A model generated the notes under the pieces. It did no database searches. It was not told the origin of the DNA and saw nothing but the letters and a program-made list of their open reading frames with translations. The translations under genes and the position numbers were made by a program. 32,000 bases of DNA from Blochmannia endosymbiont of Camponotus nipponensis (GTDB lineage: Bacteria > Pseudomonadota > Gammaproteobacteria > Enterobacterales > Enterobacteriaceae): NCBI RefSeq assembly GCF_009827135.1, contig NZ_CP046534.1, positions 720,001 through 752,000 of the forward strand. The letters run 5' to 3'. Position 1 is the stretch's first letter. Every line of letters begins with the position of its first letter. This document shows positions 9,723-20,952 of this stretch, piece by piece.

Positions 9723-12095
9723 GTGATTCATTTTATATTGATTGGTATAAGCATAATTTTATTATATTTAATTATTATATTAATTACTTTCAATCCTGCA
9801 GATCCTGGATGGTTACAGATGACGTGGAATGGATCAATTCATAATGTTGGAGGTATATTGGGGGCAAAAATCTCTGATTTCTTATTTTTTATTTTTGGTA
9901 TTCCAGCTTATATGATTCCATTGTTTATGTTATTTTATCTTTGGAAAATTTATGCACGAGACGTTCATATTACTACTTTTATTTTTTTATTTAAATTAAT
10001 GGGTATATTAGTACTATTATTTGTGTGTTGCGGATTAGCTCATTTGACTATTGATAATTTTTTTTATTTTTCTTCTGGTGGTATAGTAGGCAGCGTAACG
10101 CATGATTTTATTTCATCTTTTGAAAAAATAACTTATCCTACTAATTTAATTTTATTTTTATTGATTGGAATTGCTGATGTTATGATATTTTTCAATAGAT
10201 TTTTTTTGGTGCTTTTAAGAACTATCAAGAAACAATTATTTTATTATTCATACTATTTGACATCGTTGTTTTTTTGTGAAAAAAAACAACGATGTCAAAT
10301 TAATAATCAAGAATCATGTGATACATGTAGTATCTATCCATTAACTTTATCCACAAAAAAATCTAATTTTTTGAAAAATTCAGAAAATAATTTATTAAAC
10401 ACACATACAATTTATGATACTGTTGAGAAAATTAAAGAATTTATGAAAACATTTGTTCTTATTTTAAAAAATATTTTTATTAAAGTTAAATGCGTTTCAT
10501 TAGTGCAAATATTTAGCCGAGTTCTTAATATTATTAAGAGTCTGCTATCTCGTATTAAGTTATATACTAGTAAGAAAGGTCGTGATTATTATCAAATAAA
10601 ATATATGAATAATGTTTTTTATAAACGAAATAATTATAATATAAAAACTGATAAGTACGATAAAAAATTTTCTAATAATTATAATATATGTTGTTTCGAG
10701 AAAAAAGAACAAAATATTAATATGTCATTGATATATGATTCGAATACAGTATGCATTAATGATAAGCATCACAAAAGGAAAATACCTGTATTTATAAATA
10801 AAAACATAAAACGCAATATACCTCTGTTTCAACATAAAGAAGTTTCTGCAGTATATCGAAAGTCATATTGTAATGATCGTGCCGTTATTTTTCCCGACGT
10901 AGACTTATTAACTACATCTTCTTCAGAAAAAACAACGGATTTTTTAGAATTAAAAAAAATTGCTCATTTATTAGAATCGAAATTATTAGAATATCATATT
11001 AAAGCAAATGTAGCAAATATTGTTCCCGGGCCAGTAATTACTCGATTTGAACTAAATTTATCACCCGGCATAAAATCATCAAAAATTTCTAATTTATCGC
11101 GTGATTTAGCTCGTGTTTTATATACCACTTCTGTGAGAGTGGTAGAGGTAATTTCTGGTACATCATATGTTGGATTAGAAATACCTAATAAAAAACGCAA
11201 TACGGTATATTTAGGGGATATAATTAATTCGCAACAGTTTAAAAAAATTAATACTCCATTAGCGTTGGTTTTGGGTAAAGATATATCTGGACAACCATTT
11301 ATTGTGGATCTTAAATCTATGCCGCATTTATTAGTTGCTGGAACAACTGGATCAGGTAAATCTGTGGGAATTAATGCTATGATTATTAGCATTTTATATA
11401 AGGCTACACCGGAAGAAGTGTCTTTTATTATGATTGATCCCAAGATTTTAGAATTATCTATATATTCAGGTATTCCTCATCTTTTAAAACAAGTTATTAC
11501 TGATACGCAAGAAGTATATGAAGTATTGCAATGGTGTATAAAAGAAATGGAACGTCGTTATAAATTGATGGCTATGCTTGGTGTTCGAAATTTGGAAAAT
11601 TATAATAACCATTTAAAAAAAAATCATTCTAAGAGATTTACTGCAAACAATGTTATGAGTAAATACATTAATGATAGTTCTGCATTTTCTGATACATTAG
11701 AAAAATTACCTTATATTGTAATTATTATAGATGAATTTTCAGATTTAATGATAACTACCACCAAAAAAGTAGAAGAATTAGTAATTCGTTTAACACAAAA
11801 AGCTCGTGCTGCTGGTATTCATGTAATATTAGCCACGCAAAGACCATCAGTCAATGTGATTACCGGAGTCATTAAAGCAAATATTCCAGCGCGTGTAGCT
11901 TTTACTGTATCAAGTAAAATAGATTCTCGTACTATTCTTGGTCAATCCGGAGCAGAATCTTTATTAGGTATGGGTGACATGTTATATTTAGGCCCCAATT
12001 CTTCTATATCTACTCGAGTGCATGGAGCTTTCGTAGAAGATCAGGAAATACATGCGGTAGTTGATTTTTGGAAAAATCAGATAGTTAGTTTATAA
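9723..12095 (+). CDS. ftsK: DNA translocase FtsK (N-terminal membrane domain plus alpha/beta motor; no gamma domain)
   Basis: The N-terminus (FNPADPGWLQMTWNGSIHNVGGILGAKISDFLFFIFG) matches the E. coli FtsK membrane domain. The motor has Walker A (VAGTTGSGKS) and Walker B (IVIIIDEFSDL), plus ATQRPSVNVITG. A GTG start at 9723 has AAGGA 7 nt upstream. The ORF stops 6 codons after ...HAVVDFWKN. Confidence 0.93.
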   Translation: MIHFILIGISIILLYLIIILITFNPADPGWLQMTWNGSIHNVGGILGAKISDFLFFIFGIPAYMIPLFMLFYLWKIYARDVHITTFIFLFKLMGILVLLFVCCGLAHLTIDNFFYFSSGGIVGSVTHDFISSFEKITYPTNLILFLLIGIADVMIFFNRFFLVLLRTIKKQLFYYSYYLTSLFFCEKKQRCQINNQESCDTCSIYPLTLSTKKSNFLKNSENNLLNTHTIYDTVEKIKEFMKTFVLILKNIFIKVKCVSLVQIFSRVLNIIKSLLSRIKLYTSKKGRDYYQIKYMNNVFYKRNNYNIKTDKYDKKFSNNYNICCFEKKEQNINMSLIYDSNTVCINDKHHKRKIPVFINKNIKRNIPLFQHKEVSAVYRKSYCNDRAVIFPDVDLLTTSSSEKTTDFLELKKIAHLLESKLLEYHIKANVANIVPGPVITRFELNLSPGIKSSKISNLSRDLARVLYTTSVRVVEVISGTSYVGLEIPNKKRNTVYLGDIINSQQFKKINTPLALVLGKDISGQPFIVDLKSMPHLLVAGTTGSGKSVGINAMIISILYKATPEEVSFIMIDPKILELSIYSGIPHLLKQVITDTQEVYEVLQWCIKEMERRYKLMAMLGVRNLENYNNHLKKNHSKRFTANNVMSKYINDSSAFSDTLEKLPYIVIIIDEFSDLMITTTKKVEELVIRLTQKARAAGIHVILATQRPSVNVITGVIKANIPARVAFTVSSKIDSRTILGQSGAESLLGMGDMLYLGPNSSISTRVHGAFVEDQEIHAVVDFWKNQIVSL

Positions 12096-12219
12096 TCTTT
12101 TCTATACAATAAGAATTATTGTAATATGCATAGGATTATTATGTGTATGTTCAGATATACAACTTTTATTATGCATTTATATGAATAAAATATAATAATG
12201 GGAGAATAATTAACTATAA

Positions 12220-12837
12220 ATGTTTAAACGAGTAATATACGCTCTTTTTTTTAATGTTGTTGTGGTGATTGCAGTAGTGGCTAATGATATATCTGTTTGT
12301 GTATTGCAGAATCGCCTAAAAAAAATAAACAATTTTTACGCGCATTTCATTCAAAAAGTAATTGATGCTGATAGTAATATGTTGTTAGAAGCTTACGGAG
12401 AACTATGGGTAAAATGTCCTAATTTATTTAATTGGCATATGATATCTCCCGAAGAGAACTTTTTGATATCTGATGGAAAAACGCTTTGGTTTTATATTCC
12501 TTCTCTCAAACAAGTTACTACATATTGGTTAAAGAACTTTTCTAATAACATTTTTTTTATGTTATTTTCTAATGAGAATATGTATAAATGGGACGATTAT
12601 AATGTATTTCAACAAGAAGATTTTTTTTCTTTAATACCAATACATAATGATATTTCTTTAAAAGAATACAGGATTGAAATAACTGATTGTGGTACAATTA
12701 AGGGGTTTAGCTTTATTGAAAAACAAGGACAGCGTGTGGATTATAATTTATCAGAGCAAAATAATAACATAATTGACATAAAAAAGTTTTATTTTGTTTT
12801 GTCGGAAGATATTCAACTAGACGAGCAACGCAAATAG
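12220..12837 (+). CDS. lolA: Outer-membrane lipoprotein carrier protein LolA
   Basis: A signal peptide is followed by FYAHFIQKV..GELWVKCPNLFNWHM..SDGKTLWFY and a C-terminal DEQRK, colinear with E. coli LolA (FHASFTQKV..GDLWVKRPNLFNWHM..SDGKTLWFY..DDQRK). Confidence 0.92.
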   Translation: MFKRVIYALFFNVVVVIAVVANDISVCVLQNRLKKINNFYAHFIQKVIDADSNMLLEAYGELWVKCPNLFNWHMISPEENFLISDGKTLWFYIPSLKQVTTYWLKNFSNNIFFMLFSNENMYKWDDYNVFQQEDFFSLIPIHNDISLKEYRIEITDCGTIKGFSFIEKQGQRVDYNLSEQNNNIIDIKKFYFVLSEDIQLDEQRK

Positions 12838-13560
12838 TGCTTGATAGTTAATTAACCTGTATTCTATTGCATGTGTATAAAATTACTATTTTGTACAAAA
12901 ATAAAAAATCATATCAAGCAACACTAGGTTGAATTTCATACAATATACATTATATGAACAAATATTGTATTTAATAAATTTATTGAACACATTGTTAGTA
13001 GTGATTTAAACACATTATTTTCATCATGTAAAATATTATGAATAATGCTATTGTTTAAGTTTATACAATAGTAAGCTATTTTAGTTGCTATATTATCGCG
13101 AGATATAAATAATTCAAACGGTATTCTAATAAAAGCCACTATTTTAGTATAGTATTTAAAGATACTTCATATATCATTATTAATATAAAATATATATATA
13201 TTAAATTAAAAGTTTTTGTATATTAATATGAATTTATTATTTCATGAAGATTCAAAGAAATTATTTAAATTATTTTAAATAATTATTGATTATAAAAAGT
13301 ATAAAAGTAGATGATATTCAAATATTTGCGTTTAAATATGTACCGTGGCTTTAATGTATTTTTTTTGATATTAATTTTACTGAAGATAAACTATTATATA
13401 TAATTTGTATATTAGCTCGCATATAAGACTAATCTATTTTATTTAAAACATTTTAGTATTATTACATTTATCGTATTTCAACTTTCTAAAAATATAGAGA
13501 GGATGTGTTATAATAAATTATTTGTAATAAGCATTATTTTTTGTTAGAATGTTTTTAACA

Positions 13561-13639
13561 ATTAATTATATTTGTAAAGTAACTATATACGCTATATATT
13601 ATATATAGCGTATATAGTTACTTTACAAATATAATTAAT
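13561..13639. repeat. Perfect 79-bp palindrome (39-bp arms around a single central T at 13600)
   Basis: I checked all 39 pairs by hand. Bases 13561-13599 (attaattatatttgtaaagtaactatatacgctatatat) are the exact reverse complement of 13601-13639. Pairing breaks at 13560/13640. Confidence 0.97.
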
Positions 13640-13962
13640 CTGTATATTTTACAAATTGTAAAATAATGAATATATGAAATATATAATGATGTGTTTCCTA
13701 TTTATAATAGGAATGGTTGTGTGTTTTTTTTTTGAAAAAACAGTATTAGTATAAAGAACATGAACTACTATTTTTATAAGAAATGCATCAGTATAGAAAA
13801 TAATACTATTTTATATGCATAAAGTGTAATTGTATGATGAATTTGGTGTAAAATAAATATAGATCTAATATAGATTGTTATAATTGATGATGAACTGAAG
13901 TGATAATTAACATATGTTACTACTAAATTAGTACATGATAAAATAGATAGTATAGGTTAAAA

Positions 13963-15249
13963 ATGCTTGATCCTGATTTATTACGTAGTAATATTGATTT
14001 AGTTGCTAAACAGCTTGCTCGTAGAAATTTTATACTGAATACTAATCAATTTCGTCAACAAGATAATTTACGTAAAATTTTACAAAAAAAAATTGAAAGT
14101 TTACAAACTGCACGTAAAGCTAAAGCTAAAATCATAGGAATATCTAAATCTCATGGAGAAAATGTGGAATATTTATGTCAAGAAGCATATCTGTTAGGAA
14201 AAAAATTAAATTTACTTAAACTTGAACATAAGACATTGCAGGAAAAAATAAGACACTATGAATTATCTTTACCAAATATTCCGAATGATCAAGTACCGTA
14301 TGGATTAAGAGATCAAGATGATTTAGAAGTGCTGCGTTGGGGTACTTTAGGTCAATTTGATTTTCCTGTAAGAGATCATGTAGAACTGGGTTTATTAGCG
14401 AATGGTTTAAATTTTTCTGATGCAACAAAATTAACCGGATCACGTTTTATTGTAATGAAAGGACAGATAGCGCATTTGCATCGTGCTTTATCTCAGTTTA
14501 TGATAGATTTGCATATTAAACATCATGGATATGAAGAATACTACCTACCATATATAGTAAATGAAGAATCTTTATATGGTGCAGGTCAATTACCAAAATT
14601 TTATGAAGATTTGTTTCATATTCAATGTTTACAATCTGAGGTTAAACCTTACACATTAATACCTACTGCTGAAGTGCCATTAGTAAATTTAGTTCGTGAC
14701 GTAATTCTTGATGAAAAAGAATTACCCATTAAGATGGTTGCTCATACTCCATGTTTCCGTTCTGAAGCTGGATCATATGGTCATAACACCCGTGGATTGA
14801 TTAGGATGCATCAATTTGATAAAATTGAAATAGTTCAAGTAGTACATCCAGATAAATCTATGCAAATATTAGAGGAAATAACTAATCATGCAGAACAGGT
14901 ATTGCGTTTACTTAAATTACCATATCGAAAAATATTATTATGTACAGGAAATATTGGATTTTCTTCTTGTAAGACATATGATTTAGAAGTCTGGTTACCA
15001 GCTCACAATACTTATTGTGAGGTTTCTTCTTGCTCAAATGTTGGAGATTTTCAAGCACGTCGTATAAGAGCGCGCTATAAAAGAAAGGGACACAAAAAAA
15101 AGAAATTATTGCATACTTTAAATGCCTCTGGAGTAGCAGTAGGTCGAGCACTAGCAGCGGTGCTAGAAAATTATCAATTAAAGGATGGACGTGTAATGAT
15201 TCCTGAGGTGTTATATCCTTATATGGATGGTATGACACATATTAATTGA
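13963..15249 (+). CDS. serS: Seryl-tRNA synthetase
   Basis: MLDPDLLR..., [56 protein letters not shown] and [12 protein letters not shown] are colinear with E. coli SerRS. Confidence 0.97.
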   Translation: MLDPDLLRSNIDLVAKQLARRNFILNTNQFRQQDNLRKILQKKIESLQTARKAKAKIIGISKSHGENVEYLCQEAYLLGKKLNLLKLEHKTLQEKIRHYELSLPNIPNDQVPYGLRDQDDLEVLRWGTLGQFDFPVRDHVELGLLANGLNFSDATKLTGSRFIVMKGQIAHLHRALSQFMIDLHIKHHGYEEYYLPYIVNEESLYGAGQLPKFYEDLFHIQCLQSEVKPYTLIPTAEVPLVNLVRDVILDEKELPIKMVAHTPCFRSEAGSYGHNTRGLIRMHQFDKIEIVQVVHPDKSMQILEEITNHAEQVLRLLKLPYRKILLCTGNIGFSSCKTYDLEVWLPAHNTYCEVSSCSNVGDFQARRIRARYKRKGHKKKKLLHTLNASGVAVGRALAAVLENYQLKDGRVMIPEVLYPYMDGMTHIN

Positions 15250-15608
15250 TTGTTCTATATTTTTAAATATTGTATTGGTTTATCTAATATTTTTCATTAT
15301 TATTTTTATTTAAATTAAATAAATATATATGTTACATTGGTCACTATGAGTAATTAGATGATTTTTAAAATAGTGGGAATATATGCATTCTATTTACGTG
15401 CTATTTTTATGTATATAAAATTAAAAAATGTCGTTGTTTCTTTAAATAATTTTTTTCACGTTAAGTAGAGATTTAAAGAAGATATGTCATTTAATATCAT
15501 ATTAAATATAATTTTTGGTGTTGTTGCTACTATTTTTTCTTTTTTATAACAATTTGTTACGCAAAATACAGTTTTTTATTAATTCAAGTATTTCTGATTG
15601 AACATGAA

Positions 15609-16697
15609 ATGAATGAGATATTTAATTTTAGCGCAGGTCCGGCAATGCTGCCAAAACAGGTACTAAAACAAATTAAAGAAGAATTATATAATTGGAACAA
15701 TATGGGTGCATCTGTGATGGAAATAAGTCATCGCAGTTTGGAATTTTTGCAATTAATACAAGATGCAAAAAAAGATATATGTGATCTGCTGGATATTCCA
15801 GAAAATTACGCAGTTTTATTTTGTCACGGTGGAGCACGTGCGCAATTTTCGGCAGTTCCTATGAATTTATTAGAAAAATCATCAGACAATGTTGATTATG
15901 TAAATACTGGATATTGGGCATATAGTGCCGCAACAGAAGCAAAAAAATATTGTAATCCACATGTAATTAATGTAATAAAAATAAAAAATAGACTATATAA
16001 TATTCAACCGATGTCTCAATGGAATGTTTCTACAAATAGTATTTATATACATTATTGTCCTAATGAAACTATCGATGGGATAGCTGTATATGAAACCCCA
16101 AGTTTTCCAGAAAAGATAGTAGTAGCAGATTGTTCTTCAACTTTATTTTCTTGTCCAATCAATGTGAGTCGTTTTGGTATAATTTATGCTGCTGCTCAAA
16201 AAAATATTGGTATATCTGGTTTAACTGTAATAATTATTAGAAAAGATTTATTGAAAGAACCTAATCGAGCAGTTCCTTCTATTTTAAATTATAAAATTTT
16301 ATTTGATAATGGTTCGATGTTTAATACGCCTGTTACTATGTCTTGGTATGTAGCTAGTTTGATATTTAAATGGTTAAAACAACAAGGAGGATTGAAAGAA
16401 GTTAATAAACGTAATAAAGAAAAAGCAGCTTTTTTATATAAAGCTATTGATTCTAATGATTTTTATTATAATAATATCAGTCCATCTAATCGTTCATGTA
16501 TGAACATTCCCTTTTTTTTAAAAAAAAATAAATTAAATGATCTTTTTTTAAAAGAATCAACACGTTTTGGATTATGTGGATTACAAGGACATAGAACAGC
16601 TGGAGGTATGAGAGCATCTTTATACAACGCCATGACGTTAGAAGGTGTACAAAAATTAGTTGAATTTATGCAATTGTTTTCTGAAAAATATAGATAA
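15609..16697 (+). CDS. serC: Phosphoserine aminotransferase
   Basis: [62 protein letters not shown] and [16 protein letters not shown] are colinear with E. coli SerC. Confidence 0.96.
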   Translation: MNEIFNFSAGPAMLPKQVLKQIKEELYNWNNMGASVMEISHRSLEFLQLIQDAKKDICDLLDIPENYAVLFCHGGARAQFSAVPMNLLEKSSDNVDYVNTGYWAYSAATEAKKYCNPHVINVIKIKNRLYNIQPMSQWNVSTNSIYIHYCPNETIDGIAVYETPSFPEKIVVADCSSTLFSCPINVSRFGIIYAAAQKNIGISGLTVIIIRKDLLKEPNRAVPSILNYKILFDNGSMFNTPVTMSWYVASLIFKWLKQQGGLKEVNKRNKEKAAFLYKAIDSNDFYYNNISPSNRSCMNIPFFLKKNKLNDLFLKESTRFGLCGLQGHRTAGGMRASLYNAMTLEGVQKLVEFMQLFSEKYR

Positions 16698-16848
16698 ATT
16701 ATATATGTAGCGCTTGATATCTTATATATATATATAAGTAATGTATTAACATTGCGTACATTTAAGTATATATTGTTACTATAAAGTGATAAATAAGTAA
16801 TTGATTTTTTAAAAATAAAGCTTATTTTATATAAAAAGTGGGTGGAGC

Positions 16849-18147
16849 GTGAATGATTTTATCAAATTGGATCCTATTAAAAAAATACAGGGGACCATCT
16901 ATCTTCCTGGTTCTAAAAGTATATCTAATCGAGCGTTATTATTAGCAGCTCAGTCTGTAGGCACCACGCAATTAACCAATTTATTAGATAGTGATGACGT
17001 ACGTTATATGTTGAGTGCATTACATAATCTAGGCGTGACATATTCTCTTTCAAATAATAGAAAGACTTGTGAAATTAATGGTATCGGTGGTGCACTTCAA
17101 TCAAAAAATAATAATCCACTAATTTTATCTTTAGGTAACGCCGGAACTGTTATGAGACCTCTTATTGCAGCATTATCTATAAAAATGCAAAATGTTATCC
17201 TTACTGGTTACCCACGTATGAAAGATAGACCTATATTACATTTAGTAGAAGCCTTAAGACAAGGAGGGGCGCATATTGATTATATAGAACGTAATAATTA
17301 TCCTCCGGTACGATTGTATGGAGGATATCATGGGGGCGAAATTTTTATTAAAGGAAATATTTCTAGTCAATTTTTATCATCCATGCTTATGATGGCCCCA
17401 TTAGCCCCTAGAGATACTCTGATTAGATTAAATGGGGCATTAGTATCTAAGCCATATATCGATATTACTTTATCTCTTATGAAAATTTTTGGAATTAATA
17501 TAGAACATGAGAATTACCGTGTTTTTCATTGTAAAGGAAATACAGTATATCAATCACCTGGGCATTATTTAGTGGAAGGAGATGCGTCAAGTGCTTCTTA
17601 TTTTTTAGCAGCGTCAGCTATTCGAGGAGGCACCGTTCGAGTGATAGGAGTTGGAAGATATAGTAAACAAGGAGATATTTATCTTGCTGATATTTTAGAA
17701 AGGATGGGCGCAAATATTTCGTGGGGTGATAATTATATAGAATGTGCTCGTGGATCTCATCTTAATTCTATTGATCTAGATGTTAATGATATTCCTGATG
17801 CAGCTATGACTCTTGCTACGACTGCATTGTTTACTGACAATGGTCCTACAATATTACGTAATATTTATAATTGGAGGATTAAGGAAAGTGATCGATTAAC
17901 TGCTATGGCTTCTGAATTACGAAAATTAGGAGCTAAAATAGTAGAAGGTTATGATTATTTACAGATCACCCCTCCAGTTAAAATAAAATCAGCTTATATT
18001 CATACTTATAATGACCATCGTATAGCGATGTGTTTTTCTTTAGCGGCATTATCAGATGTTTCTATCATAATTCATAATCCTAAATGTACCTATAAAACTT
18101 TTCCAGATTTTTTCACACAATTATCTAGTATTAGTATATTACGATAA
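16849..18147 (+). CDS. aroA: 3-phosphoshikimate 1-carboxyvinyltransferase (EPSP synthase)
   Basis: [52 protein letters not shown] and [17 protein letters not shown] are present. The start is GTG at 16849 with GGTGGAG immediately upstream. The nearby ATG at 16853 is out of frame. Confidence 0.96.
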   Translation: MNDFIKLDPIKKIQGTIYLPGSKSISNRALLLAAQSVGTTQLTNLLDSDDVRYMLSALHNLGVTYSLSNNRKTCEINGIGGALQSKNNNPLILSLGNAGTVMRPLIAALSIKMQNVILTGYPRMKDRPILHLVEALRQGGAHIDYIERNNYPPVRLYGGYHGGEIFIKGNISSQFLSSMLMMAPLAPRDTLIRLNGALVSKPYIDITLSLMKIFGINIEHENYRVFHCKGNTVYQSPGHYLVEGDASSASYFLAASAIRGGTVRVIGVGRYSKQGDIYLADILERMGANISWGDNYIECARGSHLNSIDLDVNDIPDAAMTLATTALFTDNGPTILRNIYNWRIKESDRLTAMASELRKLGAKIVEGYDYLQITPPVKIKSAYIHTYNDHRIAMCFSLAALSDVSIIIHNPKCTYKTFPDFFTQLSSISILR

Positions 18148-18284
18148 AATTTTATATAATATGTGATGTATATATATAATGAAAATTACACGCATGAGGA
18201 TTTGCAATTATTAAGTTTTATGTTCAAAATAATTTAATTATCATCATGATATAATAAAGATAGTTGTATTATAAGGGGATAATT

Positions 18285-18968
18285 GTGGATAATATTTTTC
18301 CGGTTATTACTATTGATGGGCCAAGTGGAGTAGGCAAAGGAACCTTATCTAAAGGTTTGGCAAAAATTCTTGGTTGGAATCTATTAGATTCAGGAATTAT
18401 TTATCGAGTTTTAGCGTCAGTAGTTTTAGAAAATAAAATTAATATTAATCATGAAGAAAAAGTAGCAGTACTTACTGAAACGATACAAATCACTTTTATA
18501 AATAGCAAAAATAATTTTATTATATCATTTAATGGAAAAAAAATTAAAAAAGATATTTATACAGAAACTATAGGAAATTGTGCATCTAAGATTGCTACTT
18601 TTTCACAAGTACGTAAAAATTTATTAAGATATCAGCGTACATTTTGTAAATGTCCGGGGCTTATTGCTGATGGACGTGATATGGGAACAGTAGTATTTCC
18701 TAATGCAAAATTAAAAATTTTTCTTTATGCCTCTTTTAAAGAAAGAGAGCGCCGTAGATTACATCAGTTGCAGAAAAAAAAATTAAATGTTAATTTTGAA
18801 CTTTTATTATCACAAATAAGAGAACGAGATGAACGTGATTATACTCGAAGATCAGCCCCTTTGACTCCTGCGTTTGGCTCATTAATATTAGATTCTACCT
18901 ATTTGTCTGCAGAAGAAGTAAAATCTAAAGTGCTTATGTATATCAGAGAGAGTATGGCATTCTCATAG
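18285..18968 (+). CDS. cmk: Cytidylate kinase
   Basis: PVITIDGPSGVGKGTL, LLDSGIIYR and PGLIADGRDMGTVVFP are present. I place the start at GTG 18285, with AAGGGG 5-6 nt upstream. This gives an N-terminus the same length as E. coli Cmk. The track ORF begins at TTG 18264. Confidence 0.92.
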   Translation: MDNIFPVITIDGPSGVGKGTLSKGLAKILGWNLLDSGIIYRVLASVVLENKININHEEKVAVLTETIQITFINSKNNFIISFNGKKIKKDIYTETIGNCASKIATFSQVRKNLLRYQRTFCKCPGLIADGRDMGTVVFPNAKLKIFLYASFKERERRRLHQLQKKKLNVNFELLLSQIRERDERDYTRRSAPLTPAFGSLILDSTYLSAEEVKSKVLMYIRESMAFS

Positions 18969-19079
18969 AGAGTGCTGTATAATACTACTCATCATCAAGG
19001 ATAGTGATGAGATATTTATTATAACTCCATCAAGAATGGATATATGATGGACGTTAATTAAAAAATGAAGATTATAAAG

Positions 19080-20774
19080 ATGACAGAATCATTTGCCCAG
19101 CTATTTGAAGAATCTTTAAAAAAGATAGAAACTTGCCCTGGATCCATAATTCGTGGAGTTGTTGTATCTATTGTTAAGGATATTGTGTTGGTCGACGCAG
19201 GATTAAAATCAGAATCTGCTATTCCTATTGAGCAATTTTATAATTCTCAAGGAAAATTAGAAGTGTCAGTTGGTGATTATGTTGATGTTACATTAGATGC
19301 AGTAGAAGATGGATTTGGAGAAACTGTATTATCTCGTGAAAAAGCCAAACGTTATGAATCTTGGTTATCATTAGAACAAGCACATCAAGAAATGACTACT
19401 GTTACAGGTATTATTAATGGAAAAGTAAAAGGGGGGTTCACTGTTGAACTAAATGGTGTACGTGCTTTTTTACCTGGTTCTTTAGTAGATGTAAAACCAA
19501 TACGTGATACTTCATTTTTAGAGGGACAAGTATCTGAATTTAAAGTAATAAAATTAGATCATAAACGTAATAATGTTGTAGTATCTCGTCGTGCTGTGAT
19601 TGAGTCTGAAAATAATGTTGAACGCGAACAATTATTAAATAAATTACATGAAGGAATAGAAATTAAAGGAGTAGTCAAAAATTTAACTGATTATGGCGCT
19701 TTCATCGATCTAGGAGGTGTAGATGGATTGTTACATATCACTGATATGGCTTGGAAACGCGTTAAACATCCTAGTGATATAATAAATATTGGAGATGAAA
19801 TTGTTGTTAAAGTATTAAAATTTGATCGAGAACGTATTCGTGTATCTTTAGGTCTCAAACAATTAGGCGAGGATCCATGGTTGGCTATTGTTCAAGATCA
19901 CAAAGAAGGAAGTAAATTGACAGGAAAGGTAACTAATTTAACTGATTATGGATGTTTTATTGAAATTGAAGAGGGGGTAGAAGGATTGGTACATGTATCT
20001 GAGATGGATTGGACCAATAAAAACATCCATCCTTCTAAAGTAGTAACAGTAGGAGAATCAGTTGAAGTAATGGTGTTAGACATTGATAAGGAACGTCGGA
20101 GAATTTCTTTAGGATTGAAACAATGTAAAATTAATCCATGGCAAAAATTTTCCGATATGTATAATCGAGGTGATCGAGTGATGGGAAAGATAAAATCGAT
20201 TACTGATTTTGGTATCTTTATAGGATTAGATGGAAGTATTGATGGCTTAGTGCATCTTTCTGATATTTCTTGGCATTTATCTAATGAAGCAGCAGTTAAT
20301 AAGTATAAGAAGGGTGATGAAATAATGGCCATGGTGCTGCAGGTAGATGCAGAACGTGAACGTATTTCTTTAGGTATAAAACAGTTGACAGAGGATCCTT
20401 TAAACATTTATTTATCTGCTCATAAAAAGGGGAGTATGGTATATGGAAGAGTCATGTCTATAGATGAAAAAGGAGGAGCTACTGTTTCATTAGACAATAA
20501 CACTGTCATTGGCTATTTATGTGTATCTGAAATATTGCGAAATAAACCTGCTAATAAGAAAAAATATACATCATTACACATAGGCAGTGATATACAAGCA
20601 ACATTAGATGGGGTAGATCGTAAAAATAGAATCATTAATTTATCTGAATGTAATATATATGATATTCTTCCAAAATCAGAGATAAATGTTGGTGGCAATC
20701 ATAAAAAAGAAAAAGATAAGAATTTTTCTAGTGTTATGGTAGAGGCATTTAAAGCAGCAACTAAAAATGAATGA
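19080..20774 (+). CDS. rpsA: 30S ribosomal protein S1
   Basis: [18 protein letters not shown]... and six S1-domain repeats are colinear with E. coli S1. I moved the start to ATG 19080. The track start at 19065 adds MKIIK. Confidence 0.97.
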   Translation: MTESFAQLFEESLKKIETCPGSIIRGVVVSIVKDIVLVDAGLKSESAIPIEQFYNSQGKLEVSVGDYVDVTLDAVEDGFGETVLSREKAKRYESWLSLEQAHQEMTTVTGIINGKVKGGFTVELNGVRAFLPGSLVDVKPIRDTSFLEGQVSEFKVIKLDHKRNNVVVSRRAVIESENNVEREQLLNKLHEGIEIKGVVKNLTDYGAFIDLGGVDGLLHITDMAWKRVKHPSDIINIGDEIVVKVLKFDRERIRVSLGLKQLGEDPWLAIVQDHKEGSKLTGKVTNLTDYGCFIEIEEGVEGLVHVSEMDWTNKNIHPSKVVTVGESVEVMVLDIDKERRRISLGLKQCKINPWQKFSDMYNRGDRVMGKIKSITDFGIFIGLDGSIDGLVHLSDISWHLSNEAAVNKYKKGDEIMAMVLQVDAERERISLGIKQLTEDPLNIYLSAHKKGSMVYGRVMSIDEKGGATVSLDNNTVIGYLCVSEILRNKPANKKKYTSLHIGSDIQATLDGVDRKNRIINLSECNIYDILPKSEINVGGNHKKEKDKNFSSVMVEAFKAATKNE

Positions 20775-20904
20775 TTATTCAATTACATAATTTCTGCATA
20801 TGTTAACAGATTAATATAAACAATGAGATAAATATAAAGGTAATAAACAATAAAACAGAGAATAAATAATAATTTTAGTGTGTGTAATGTGAAATATATA
20901 AAAT

Positions 20905-20952
20905 TTATATTCCTAATATATATTATGAGTATAATATATATTAGGAATATAA
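20905..20952. repeat. Perfect inverted repeat: 22-bp arms (20905-20926 / 20931-20952) and a 4-nt loop (gagt)
   Basis: All 22 pairs were checked by hand. The arm is ttatattcctaatatatattat. It lies 131 bp downstream of the rpsA stop. Confidence 0.95.

Noticed and set aside
10994-11443. Antisense or alternate-frame ORFs inside real genes: 5920-6117(+), 8578-8778(+), 10994-11443(-), 14216-14443(-), 14912-15238(-), 19946-20407(-), 20513-20698(-), 26514-26714(+), 26761-26961(-) and 28103-28363(+).
   Set aside because: Each is fully nested in a confidently identified conserved gene on the other strand or frame. None shows any family signature, so they are shadow ORFs.
12933-12960. A dif-like 28-mer on the minus strand, tgttcatataa-tgtata-ttgtatgaaat. 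It matches 21 of 28 positions of E. coli dif (GGTGCGCATAA-TGTATA-TTATGTTAAAT), including a 12-nt exact run.
   Set aside because: Three mismatches fall in the normally best-conserved XerD arm, and four fall in the XerC arm. The exact run is almost pure A/T. By my rough estimate such a 12-mer has an appreciable chance of occurring in 64 kb of two-strand AT-rich sequence. I also have no evidence that this locus is the terminus. It is worth revisiting only if xerCD exist and GC skew switches here.
18284-18292. Perfect DnaA-box 9-mers: TGTGGATAA at 18284-18292 and TTATCCACA at 10343-10351.
   Set aside because: These are two isolated boxes 8 kb apart. One spans the cmk start codon and the other lies within the ftsK coding sequence. 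There is no cluster, no adjacent AT-rich unwinding repeats and no origin-type gene context.
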